Shown piece after piece: positions 1 through 10,978 of a stretch of DNA of 64,000 nucleotides; positions within the stretch are counted from its first letter, which is position 1; each line of letters opens with the position of its first letter. Source of the DNA: Asterias rubens (Eukaryota); the NCBI RefSeq assembly GCF_902459465.1, contig NC_047080.1, positions 1,860,001-1,924,000 on the forward strand, read 5' to 3'. The position numbers and the translations under genes are program-made. The notes beneath the pieces were generated by a model, which ran no database searches, was not told the DNA's origin, and worked only from the letters and a program-made list of their open reading frames with translations.

Positions 1-367
1 ACAAATACTGGAACGAACCTCGATAGTTCTAGGAGAAGGTTCACAATATGAAATCAAGGGAAGTTATTATATATCTTCAAAAGTGACTACATGTATACGT
101 TTAACGTGTAGGCCTGAAGATGAGAAGTAGAATCTGATGATGAAGAAATGTCATTTTGTGGGGTGGAAAACCCCACACGAGGAAAGCCACACTATCAAGG
201 GACTGAAAACCCAATCCACATGCAAGGCATGGATCCAAAGTGGGATTCGAACTGAGGTCCACAGAGGTGTAGGCTGGGAAGTAGTATCAATATAAAGCCA
301 CTTTAATTCCTTGTAATTGAAATTCTTCATAAACCTTCAAATTTGCGATGTTATTAATCAGGCAGTT

Positions 368-598
368 GGCAATATAACATTAAAATAGGATCTGGCATTA
401 AAATTTTCAACAGAAATTCTTGTGAAAATTTCACCCCTGTTCTGTTTTGGCTTGTTTCTCCATACTGATATTTCCAAACAAAAACAGCAATATAAAATAA
501 AATAGAATCTGGCATTAAAATTTAAAACAGAAATTTTTGTGAAAATTTCAACCCTGTTCTGTTTTTGCTTGTTTCTCTGTACTGATATTTCCAACAAA
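368..598. repeat. Two-copy ~119-bp degenerate tandem duplication in an NMRAL1-like intron
   Basis: gcaatataa...ggatctggcattaaaatttt...ctgatatttccaa occurs at about 368-485 and 487-598. Confidence 0.8.
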
Positions 599-638
599 CC
601 ACTCATTTAGCTTGATCGCGTCTCATATATTTTAACAG

Positions 639-1977
639 GGAGAATGCGTGGCTGACGTTTGCATGGCCATGAAGGTAAAACACATCGTCTTCAATGCTCA
701 AAGTCACGTCAGCAAGGTCATCGGAGTGAAAGCCAGACACTACGACGCAAAGGCCTACATTAATGACTACATGAACGAAAGGGAACTTCCACTCACCAGT
801 GTTATCCTCCCATTTGCGTATGAGAACTTCCTCGGGGAATTCAAGCCGGAGAAATACCAGCAGCATGAGTACACCATTGGTAGGTTTCTGGCATGTTGTC
901 TGTTGCTGGGGGCTGATCTGGACTCCTCAGCCAGTGTAATTTTGTTCAATGCATTGTGTATCTGGATGAATCTGCTACTCACTGAAAAGAGAGTGAATGT
1001 TTTGCGTATTTAATGTGAAATATGGACTTGACAAACCAGCAGGTCCTGCTGGGTAATCACTTGAAAAAGGTTAAAGGGCAAACCCTTAATTGCCTTGTTA
1101 TATTTTATGAAAAATAGAATTAGCTGTTGCAAACTGCTTACCAACCAAAAAGGCCTATTGTAAAAAATAATGCCCAAAATAGTTAATGGTCTGTTGTTTC
1201 CACCCTAGAAGAGTCTTTCTCAAAGATTTAGAAGAAAACAATAAAGAAAACAAAATTACCTGAAATGAAAACCAGCTTTTGTATTTTTGTTTTTATAAAT
1301 AGTGAAGTTTAATCATAACTTTTAAATTGTATTATTGTCAGGTATACCTATGGGAGACCTGCCCCTCAGCATGATGAGTGTCAAGCAACTAGGGGAAGCA
1401 GTGTATTTCATCTTCTGCAACCGTGCCAGCACCGTCGGAAAAACCTTCTCCCTAGTTGGTGACAAGCTCACAATAAAAGAAATTGCTTCCACTTTGACGT
1501 CGCACCTCAGACCTAATGTTGTCAGAGATATGAAGGTAATTTCGGGATGCCCTGGGATTTTTTAATGCAATTCTGTCGCAAACATGGCTAACATCCAGTG
1601 AACAGGGGCTACAAGGAGACAAATATTTAAAGATGAAAATAACTTGGGGAGCTGAAGATTCAAAGGATACACCTATGTATTAGAAATGCAGAGTACAAAA
1701 GACAGCAAAAAAGAGTGAACAAAAAATATCTTAATTTCCTAATACCCATTTTCTTGTTTTCTTTTATTTTCTGAAACAGATTACACTTCCGGAATTCCAG
1801 AAGCAGAACTGTTTGAACCCTGGCAATGATGACATCACCAACATGTTTGACTTTTTGCATAAAGTCACCCAAAGGTTCAGCATTGAGACTTCAAGAAAAC
1901 TAATCCCTGACCTTTTGACCTTTGACCAGTGGGTGTCTCAGAACAGGGAAACTATTTTAAAGCTAATTCTGAAATGA
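639..1977 (+). CDS. NMRAL1: NmrA-like family domain-containing protein (NMRAL1/HSCARG-like), last three coding exons; 5' exons lie before the window
   Basis: Exons 639-879, 1342-1535 and 1780-1977 have AG/GT boundaries and consistent phases. They give GECVADVC...HYDAKAYINDY...LTSVILPFAYENFL...GIPMGDLPLSMMSVKQLGEAV...NMFDFL...LTFDQWV...LK*, which is colinear with the recalled NMRAL1 C-terminal half (HFDGKGEVEEY / PCYFENL / LPTGDVPMDGMSVSDLG / ANMFRFY / LTLDQW). Confidence 0.88.
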
Positions 1978-2084
1978 ATTGTTTTCTAAGGTACAATTTG
2001 GCCGTTGAAAAAAAGGACATAGTTGGCCTCTGACAGGCACCCCCTGAACAAAGATTTTGAAAAATATGGAGACCACTTACCAGG

Positions 2085-2320
2085 ATGGCTGGAAGGGCAA
2101 AGTTGGTAGAGCGTCCACATGTTAATTCAGAGGTTACAGGTTCTAACCCTGTTGTCTTCAATTTGTTTTGACCCCCAAATTTAATTTAAAATATCCTGTT
2201 CGTTTCCCTTGTCAATTGCTTTGATTAACTTTCAAACAATAAGCCACAAGGGAAACTGCGGGGTAAATTTAAAATGATGTGGGGTTGAGAAAGAGTGTGA
2301 CTTGAACCACTGACCTCTGG
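2085..2320. mobile_element. Pair of tRNA-derived SINE copies in inverted (tail-to-tail) orientation
   Basis: A/B-box-like head (agttggtagagcg...ggttctaaccc) on +, and the reverse complement of the same head and body (gtttcccttgtg / cacaagggaaac) on -. Related copies occur at about 20660-20810 and 29090-29280. Confidence 0.7.
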
Positions 2321-3140
2321 ATTGTTTTTTAAATTAAGTGCCAATATACTTGTGTCATATTCTGATTTCATTGGTTTATAGAAAATATTCCAACAACCGT
2401 CCAATTGTACGTCTCATTTTACATTTTTTATAAACAACATACCTGAAATTCAGATGTATATATATTTGTCAGCAATGATATTCATTATAAATGCGTGTTA
2501 AATGTACATTCTTTTTGTGTGACCATTGCAATAATAACGATCTTTCTAATTGTGATAGGACTAAAATTGGAAAACATGATGATTTTTAAAAGGATTCCAG
2601 CAACAGTGCAGAGGAAAATCATGTCCCAGAAAACAGAGGTGTATTTAACATTGAAAGAATTGTATAATACTAAATTGAATTAGTAAAAAGGTAAAGTAAA
2701 GACCTCATAAAATGATGCAACAGTTTTGGTAATTTTTTCTCAAATTGTCAAATTTAAAATTTAGATTTATACTGGTTTTTGTTAGAAAAGTATACTTTTT
2801 AAGGATTTCATGGTTAAATTTTGGCTTAACCTATAACTGTATTTGTATTTGTATATTTTGAATCATTATTTACATTGTATCTTGGCAATAAAAGATATGG
2901 TAAAATGAACTATAATTTTCAACTATTGTTTCACTTGTATTATGTTTGCAGCATTCTTCTTTGCAGAAAGAAATCGGTGAAAACATTTTATGCCCATTTT
3001 GCTGTCCATACAAAAAAAAACGCGGAACTAAATTATAAATAACCTCAACTGCTGTTCTATGTACACTGGCATTTACCACAACCTGATGAAACAGCCGTAT
3101 AAAAAAGTCGTAAACAAACAATTAAAGAAAAGTTAGATTT

Positions 3141-3323
3141 CACTTCCTGATTTGCAATACAATTGTTTTGTGATTTGGAGAATCTGGACGGCTGAAGGAC
3201 TAAAATTGGACTTACGGGAATTCCCGAATTATTTTCGGGAGATATTCATTGATAACTTCTTGTAAAAAAAGGTGATTCTGTGTACTGGCTATGTTAGTTT
3301 TCCATTACACAGGATCCGGAAAT
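3141..3323 (+). promoter_or_regulatory. Putative BCL10 promoter with a palindromic NF-kB site and Ets sites
   Basis: CGGGAATTCCCG at 3215-3226 (kB consensus), CACTTCCTG at 3141 and CCGGAAAT at 3316-3323, about 340-520 nt upstream of the BCL10 ATG. Confidence 0.5.
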
Positions 3324-3660
3324 GTGGTCTGCCTTGCCTGCCCGCAGTTGAACTATAGGGACAACCAGGAAACCACGAACTCAAACTAGATTATAGCACA
3401 CACAGACTGAATATTGTGACTGATTATTGGTGACGTGTGTGGTTCCGGCGGCAAATGTCAGAACTGGACAACTGAGTTCCAGTTGTCTTTTCTCTGGCAC
3501 TTTCACAGTTACTAAAAGTTTAGTATTCCTTGTTTTATGATCTGTGTCTGAGTTGCACTCAACAATCACTTGAGGATATCCTGCTGATTTATCAACTGTG
3601 TTGTATTTATTTACTTGTTAAGTTCAACCCTTACTCTATGGTTCAACTGACTGTGGGTTT

Positions 3661-5879
3661 ATGATTGAGACAATGAGTTCTTCAAATAGACGGGAAGTAC
3701 TCCAAAATGAGGAATATCTTATGTTTCTTCACAACAGAGTAAGTTATGATTTTATTGCCATCTTGTCAAATAATTTTTATTGAAATTTATACGTCATCTA
3801 TAACTACTAAAAAAAACCTATCATCCTATGCGGTTTCGTTCCGCTATCGTCTCCCATTACGGGAGAGACGATAGCGGAACGAAACCGCATAGTTCTAGGA
3901 CTCAGGAGTAATCTATAACTTGGTGATGATTTAGTATCTTCATATGCGCTATAATAGGTTTACCATATCTGTAGAATATGTGGGGAAAATTGATTTGTTA
4001 ATCTGTTTAAAATGTATGGTATTATTATTAGGTTTACCATATCTGTAGAATATGTGGGGAAAATTGATTTGTTAATCTGTTTAAAATGTATGGTATTATT
4101 ATTACTTTTGTTATTAAATAAATGCATAAATTATATTCATGTATTTATTTTTTGCTCATGTCATGTGTTCATTAGTTTATTTATTTGTTTTTAAAGTACT
4201 CAAAATTATACAATATTTATATTTGTTTAGTGCTTTACTTAAATCTCCTAGTATAATATAAGCCTGATAAATCAAATAGCAATGGTATGTAACAAATGTT
4301 TTAAGCAGTATTTTTACATTTTAATTTTTCCTGACAGTTGCTGGATGATCAGAGAGACTTCCTTTGTAAAAACGGACGGATCAACCCGAAGCATCACTAT
4401 CCATACCTCCGAACAAAGCAAATCTTAAACAGAGAAACCTGCGCAGAGATTGACCACGTCGTTGGCCCGACAGCAAGAGCCAACCGCTTCATTGACGAGT
4501 TACAGAGAAATGGCAGCCCAAGAGCTCTCGTCTGTTTCCTTGAGTCGCTGAGAAGAGACGGGACACAGATATTTGTTTTGAAAAAACTTAACCAAGCTCT
4601 AGCCAATATGAGAAATGACCTTCCACTCATGGGTAATTTCATTTTTATGTCAGTTTATCTTTTTTTCTTTCAAAGTGGCTGAAATTTGTCTTCACTAGTT
4701 GAGTTTTCTGTTTTGGTGGTGATAGTTTTTCAGAGATTATTGTTTAATGGTGTACCATGCATTGTTGTTATACTTCGGGTGTTGTTGTTGCCTTGTTTGT
4801 CTGATTTTACTTATATTTGTTTTGTTGGGTTGGCTCTGGAGGTGGGAGAATGTCATACATTGCATCCTTTATTTAGCACAGTAACTACTGACGCATTTCC
4901 CCACAAGACAAAGTACTATGGAGTTTGTAAACTTTTTCATCAACAACACTTCCACAAAAAAATTCCCTTTTTTCAAGAGCTTGTTACAAAGGAAAGTTCT
5001 TAAGAATAAGAGCTTGTACATGTATTTTTTTTATCAACCTCACTTTCACAAAACAACTTTCCTTTTCCAAGGGCTGGTTACAAGCAAAGTTCCTAAAGAG
5101 TTGGTACTCTTTTTCAATTACATCACTTTCACAAACAGACAAAATTCAAGAGCTAGTTACAAAGACAATTTTTAGTGCTGGTACTCTTTTTTTTATCAAC
5201 ATCACTTTCACAAAAAAAAAACTTCATTTTTTTCAAGAGCTTGTTACAAAGAACAAATTGGAGTTAGTACTCTTTTTTTCATCAACACAACTTTCACAAA
5301 AGTTTTTACTTTCTCAAGAGCTTCTTACAAAATGTCTCTCAAATTAGATTTGTGACCATAAACCACCAATGGGCTGTAAAGTTGACACTTTTACTGTTGT
5401 GGGCTTAATGCATTTTTGGAGAGAGTGTGTAATCAGCTTCAAAATGATACCATCCACATTTAAATCAGACTTTTCTTGACGAAGTTATGATTTCTCTAAG
5501 CCACCTACTTTTTTATTCAGATTTCTCAAAGTTTTCTTGAAAACCCAAACAATTTAATAGGCTCTGTAATGTACAAGTGCGACTTTACTGCCCATTGGTG
5601 GTGGATGGTCACATTTAACCAAATTAATGTATTATTGTTTTGTATCAGATGAGTTTCAAAGTGAGTGTACCCCAGAGTTACAACATCAAACGTCAAGAGA
5701 GTTTGAAGAATCTTCCATTCCGTCTGAGGGGGAGGGAGAAGTAAGCGGAAGTTCCCTCGAGGAGGGGCAAACAGCCTTTACCACTACAAGTTCAACACTT
5801 CTAAGACCGGGGGATCCTGGGGCACCCCCGCTTCCCACTTTTGAGGAGCTGACACAATTTCCTAGCAGTTCAACTGTTG
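3661..5879 (+). CDS. BCL10: B-cell lymphoma/leukemia 10 orthologue (CARD adaptor of the CARD-BCL10-MALT1 complex); terminal exon unresolved
   Basis: Exons 3661(or 3673)-3738, 4338-4632 and 5649-5879 have canonical sites and matching phases. The CARD (LLDDQRDFLC...HYPYLRTKQILNRETCAEI...LESLRRDGTQIFVLKKL) resembles BCL10, and the tail contains SSTLLRPGDPGAPPLP, matching the recalled vertebrate BCL10 motif SSTTLPRPGDPGAPPLP. Candidate last exons start at 6360/6371 or 6464. Confidence 0.9.
3826..3892. repeat. Perfect 28-bp inverted repeat (palindromic MITE remnant) in BCL10 intron 1
   Basis: ctatgcggtttcgttccgctatcgtctc / gagacgatagcggaacgaaaccgcatag with an 11-nt loop. A degenerate end of the same element is at positions 10-35. 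Confidence 0.9.
3955..4102. repeat. Exact 74-bp tandem duplication
   Basis: taggtttaccatatctg...atgtatggtattattat starts at 3955 and again at 4029. Confidence 0.92.
4930..5330. repeat. Degenerate ~80-90-bp minisatellite, about 5 copies, in BCL10 intron 2
   Basis: Recurrent atcaacatcactttcacaaa...tcaagagcttgttacaaag...gtactctttttt. Confidence 0.75.
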
Positions 5880-5888
5880 GTAAGTGCC

Positions 5889-6090
5889 CCGGGACCAATT
5901 TCACAGCGATGCTAAGTAAAACAATTTGCTTAGCAGGAAATTTCTTCCTTGATGAAAACATTGTTAGCACAAAACTTCCATGTGTTTTTTAGGATAAGCA
6001 AACAGCAGCTGAACACCATACCAGTAACAAGGAAGACACTTCATGCTAAGCAAATTGTTGTGCTTAGCAGCTCTATGAAACTGGGCCCTG
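5889..6090. mobile_element. Harbinger-like MITE (GGCCCAATTTCAT...ATGAAATTGGGCC family)
   Basis: Terminal inverted repeats with CWG-like flanks. Relatives occur at about 12820, 15170-15435, 15940-16110, 16780-16955, 17691-17925, 18506-18630, 19180-19410, 20490, 23700-23930, 33650-33860, 36770-36945, 47505-47648, 51110-51320, 54740-54930, 60486-60830, 61567-61770 and 61887-62136. Confidence 0.75.
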
Positions 6091-6785
6091 GTACTGATAA
6101 TGTTGGTTGGAGGAGTGGAGGAGTTTGTTTCATCTGTGGTCTCCTTGACAATTTTATATAATTTTAATTTTAATAATTGCTGTTGTTAGAGGGAAGGTTT
6201 TGTATGCTATTAATAAAATTTCAGAATTACTCTAATATATAGCTGGTTTCCAGTAGCACCATATTGCATATCCACCTTCTTGGTAGGTTATGTTCTTACA
6301 TAATACAACAACACTGCAACTGTAACACAACTTATTTAAAAATTTGCTAATTGCCAACAGTGCTTTTAGATTTTCTTCAAGTTTCTTGAACAAGGGTTGT
6401 AGCAAACATAAACAAACATTATAGAGAAACTATAATGTCTTTGGAAATTGGAAAAAAATGCAGATGATTTTCAGCCTGGCGGACATCATCTGCTCATGAT
6501 TACCTCTGGTTAAGTATACAACATTGTAACTTACAACAACAGGCAAAACAATTTTACTTTCATTGCATTGGAATTCTCCTTTTTTTTTCCAGATAAAAGT
6601 GCTGACAGGGGAGATGATACAAATCTATTGGAAAAATAAACTCGAGAGAATGAGGTTTTTCTTTCTGCCGACACACATCTGGTCAATCTGTTTAAATAGG
6701 TAAAGAGTAACTTTGATTTTCCATTTTCCAAGCAGTTATTTGGTACAGGCAATATAGTCTCAAAAGCTATGTAGTTTAATGTGCC

Positions 6786-7172
6786 TTAAAGACACTGGAC
6801 ACTATTGGTAATTGTCAAAGACCAGTCTTCTCACTTGGTGTATCTCACAAATGCATAAAAATAACAAACCTGTGAAAATTTGAGCTCAATTGGTCGGCAA
6901 AGTTGCGAGATAACCATGCAAAGAAGGAACACCCTTGTCACACAAAGTTGTGTGCTTTCAGATGGTTGATTTTGAGATCTCAAATTCTACATCTGAGGTC
7001 TCAAAATCAAATTCGTGGAAAATTACATCTTTCTCGAAAACTACTTCACTTCAGATAGAGCCGTTTCTCACAATGTTTTATACTATCAACCTCTCCCCAT
7101 TACTTATTACCAAGTGAGGTTTTATGCTAATGATTATATTGAGTAATTACCAATAGTGTCCACTGCCTTTAA
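6786..7172. mobile_element. Kolobok-like non-autonomous DNA transposon
   Basis: TTAA-AGACACTGGACACTATTGGTAAT ... ATTACCAATAGTGTCCACTGCCT-TTAA: TTAA target duplication with RR...YY termini. A partial copy starts at 53387. Confidence 0.75.
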
Positions 7173-8442
7173 ACTATCTCAACAAAATTAACTTGTTAAC
7201 AAAAATCCTACAATATTAGTAAGATAGCTAGCTTTGCTGTTATAAATTTAACATTTTATTGAACACCACAATCGATCCCATCCTTTTAAAATGAATGATC
7301 AGTTTATACTTCACATACATGCATTAGGCCTAAAACTTAAAAGGTTCTGAGCAGAGATGCTGCTTTTTCAAATTCAACAAAAACTACTGGGCTCAAGTCG
7401 ATTTCACAGATACATAGCTGAGATTAATCTTAAAAAAACATATTGATCATAATTTTGCCAAGGAAAGTGTGATATTACAAGATAAATTATCATTATACCA
7501 ATTATTTAAAGGCTGGTTTATAGTCAGTCGCGCAAGGTCGCACGATTGACATCTTGACCTGCGATCCTAAACAAACACAGTTATAGTCATTGCAGAGTCG
7601 GCGTGAAAGCCGCTGAAAACAGCGCCCTCTTGTGATCTACCTTCGCAATTTAGCCAACGATTTAGATTGCGAGTTAGGGCCCGTGATAGCTAATACAATG
7701 TGGGGGCGTTTTTTTGTAGCGGAGATGCAGAAGAACAACCGCGATCTAAGACTTGAATCAAGTTTAGCCATTTATTAGCTAACTAGCATTATTTTAATTT
7801 GATCTTAAATCTAATTTTTGTATTACACAAAATTACAGCTGTTTGTAGGATGGCAGTCCAACAATGATAATGTATTGGAAGACTTAGTAGTATGGTGTCT
7901 GTGTTTTGGTCTGGGGTTAAAAGGAATTGTTTTACTAGGGTTGTCGTTGTAATTGCAAATGAGCTGTCTTCATACATTTTTCTTGATGTACTAAACTTTT
8001 ATATATATAAAGAACAACATTAAAAGAGCCTGATTTTCTTAAAATTTGTATTTGCCTTCTAAAAAGTTATTGTCTTCACTTAATTGACCCAATTGACCTG
8101 ACGTCATCATCAGCATAATCTTGGTGGCCATTGTTACTGTGCGTTATTCAGTAAAGTGAGCATTTCAGGTGACGCGGCCTTCAAACAAAACCAAATGACC
8201 ACCATAATGTTGAGTGTCAAATCGAGGTGTCTTTTGAGCAAGACACTCTTTTGAAAAAACTACTTTGCCAAACTGTTACACATTCAACATTCAACTTCGC
8301 TTTTGAATAATTTGAAGTGGGCGCAGCAATGTGCCTCTGGTAAGGGCAACTCTGATGGAGAAAAAGTAAGTTTGTTTTGGAACCTTGCAGAGTGCACGGC
8401 AGCTAAGGCACCGGGCACCACAGCATAAATGCAGCAGGGATT

Positions 8443-8602
8443 CATGGCAATAGGGGACTTTTGGAATGCTTGGTGGCAGCAGACTTACCAGGTAAAATCC
8501 ATTGTTCTCGATAATGTGCGCGTGTTCAGAACTATGTAAACAATGGACATTTACCTGGTGAGTCTGCTGCCACCTAGCGTTCCAAAGTCTCCTATTGCTA
8601 TG
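8443..8602. mobile_element. Palindromic MITE / long hairpin in the probable OCIAD1 3' UTR
   Basis: About 63-bp arms: catggcaataggggacttttggaatgcttggtggcagcagacttaccaggtaaaatccattgtt is the near-perfect reverse complement of 8537-8602. Confidence 0.85.
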
Positions 8603-8809
8603 GGCTCTGTGGGTTATTTTAGGCCTCCATTCAATGATGAATACTTATAACTGATATTTTCCCATTCTAGGCTGACCTTGGTATCGTAGATTTAAATCGC
8701 TTCATCATGCGTAAATTTCTTTTAAAACTAAAAAGCTGTCACAATCACTTGGAAACTGAGAGGCATATAAAGGATTGTCTGTAGTCTCCTCTCCTGTTTT
8801 CCCCTCTAT

Positions 8810-10228
8810 TCATTCCATTTCATCTCCATACTTGTTCTTCTTGATTGCCCCACTCGAAAAGGGAAGTTCTTTTTCCTTCTTTACTTTAGGCTCTTGTGGG
8901 CGTGTTTGAGGGCGGGGCTGGTAATGGCCAGGCATCACCTGGGTGTATTGGGAAGGATGATGCTGCCGGTTTTCCCGTCGAAGATCTTCATACGTCTTTG
9001 TCATCTCTGGTCGCTTCGCTTCAAGTTCCGGGTCGGCGTCGTTGTTGAGCTCAAAGTCAAAATGATTATCCATGGTCTTCACATTACTTGTATCGATGTC
9101 TATGTTTGCACGGTAGTCATCATTGGCATTAAAACTTGAATAGGAATCACTGTTAGATTGGGGGCTACTGGTACCCTCCACAGGATCGTCATTACTTGAC
9201 TGGAAGCCGGGTAGTTGCAACCCAAAGCTTCCGCCTTGACCGGAGGGCATACCACCACCCTTTCTGAGCATTTCACCGATGGGGGAGTTTTCTAGCCTGA
9301 GAAACTTTTCTTTGCAGGTATTGACGTAGGAGATTTTGCCGGCCATGTAACCAATGATGGATCCAAAAGCAACCTGACGGGAAGTAAGGTTTAAAAGAAA
9401 TGCAAGCAATTCAAATGAAGAAAAAATAAATTACATACGTAAGTATAAATATTAAAAAAAAACATAAATAAAATACACAAATGCAAGTAAAAAGTAGCCA
9501 TGTATTTGTTTGGTGTCAGTTTGTTGCGCAACAAACTGTGGGGGCTCCGGCTGAGAAAAAAATACATGTCGTATCCAAATAAAATTAACTTTTTTGAGCT
9601 TGCTGTCTGGGCCATTGCTCAATATGCAATTTTAAATATCAAAATAGTATCAAGACATAGCATTCATTCAGTTCAGCTGTAAAACAAATTTTAATTTTAA
9701 AAAACCCAGTGATTATCATATACAATGAAAGAAAAACAATTGTTGTATTTTGTATTACTTTGTAAAACTTTTTTGATGACAATTAAATAAAATGACAGTG
9801 CCACTGCCAGTGACAGTATTTCTTTGTCAATTCTTTTTTGCTATTTTACTTTTAGTTTTAGTTTAGTTCTGATATTTTCTAGGCCTAGCTAGATCTCGAT
9901 TAAGATGGTGATTTTCTACACTTGACCAATTGTTGTTGACCAATTCTGATTAATAAAATACCTTTGGAAGTGAGCCAAATCTTCCGAATCTTGTCCCTGT
10001 CGTTATGGTGCCCCGTGTGATGAGTGTTTGCGTCAGCAGGCCTGCGCCGAGCGCAAGGGGCAGGGCACGGTACCAAAAACTCTCCGATTGACACTGGAGC
10101 AAAATCCGCTTTTCCTCCTCGTTCATTTGATAACTCTTTTGAAAGTCAGCATTCCTTCCACCACGTGCATGTCTACCTTGGTTCGAGGGTTGGTTTGGTG
10201 GCAAATTTGGGTCGTTCCGGTTAGACAT
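8810..10228 (-). CDS. OCIAD1: OCIA domain-containing protein 1 (asrij-like), about 276 aa
   Basis: Exons 10228-9962 and 9373-8810 (phase 0). YQMNEEEKRILLQCQSESFWYRALPLA...FGSLPK|VAFGSIIGYMAGKISYVNTCKEKFLRLENSPIGEMLR matches the OCIA domain, and the tail has KTYEDLRRENR and KKNKYGDEME*. An AATAAA on - lies at 7255-7260. Confidence 0.92.
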
Positions 10229-10599
10229 CTTGGAAGAATTTGGCAAAATTTTTCAGTTCACGTTTACCAAGTTTGGGAAATCTTTGTAAAGATAACGGTC
10301 AGGCTGGTGCATCATCACGCGCCTGGATCTAAGTGATGTGAAGCAGTCAGGGGGTCGTCATAGTTAGGTATTTATTTTAGCTAGGATGTCAAAGGCACTG
10401 TTTTTGTCCTTTTCTGTGCAAAAATATAACTTCAACTCTGACCGTACCACTGATTTGAATAATAAATTTGGTGTTTATGTTTGTTTTTGTTTTAAACAAT
10501 AATAACAATGTAAAAAATACACTTTTCAATTAAGTTTACTGTGAAAAACTAAAAATCATAAAGTGGACAACGTTTCGTCTGCTTAAAAAAAAACGCCTC

Positions 10600-10700
10600 T
10601 GCACACAAACTCCCCTTGATTCTATCGACGTACTGCGCATGCTCTGTGTATATAGTTGCCAAGGAACTGTGACTGCGAGGAGCACTAAAATGTCTCTATT
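10600..10700. promoter_or_regulatory. Bidirectional promoter between OCIAD1 and CCDC180 with NRF1-like and RFX X-box-like motifs
   Basis: The divergent ATGs are 751 bp apart. TGCGCATGC at 10634-10642 and GTTGCCAAGGAAC at 10655-10667. Confidence 0.6.
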
Positions 10701-10978
10701 TAATGACGATTTTCTGGAAATCGTCTGGATATTTTTTTGAAATTCTAATACGATAATATTAACTGGAAGTCTGTTATTAAATAAGTTTCAGTTTTGGTGT
10801 GATTTGAATCTTCTGATCGCTTTTACAGAGCTGGAAAGATCGGCAAACTTCTTCAAGTCAATTGTCACAATCATGTGTAATCTAATGGCATGTGTGTCTG
10901 CAGCAGAGGTGCATTCATAAACAAACTCCGGTAAAAATTGTTGTTTTCTCGGGGAATTGTTCCAGAGAACTTTTAACG

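Noticed and set aside
2085-2160. Possible tRNA gene (also 17570-17640, 20680-20740, 29170-29220)
   Set aside because: A/B boxes are present but acceptor and anticodon stems do not pair, and each runs into a shared repeat body; these are SINE heads.
3790-3898. Helitron 3' end (hairpin followed by CTAG)
   Set aside because: The hairpin is too long, CTAG is not followed by T, and the flanks show partial inverted symmetry, which fits a palindromic MITE better.
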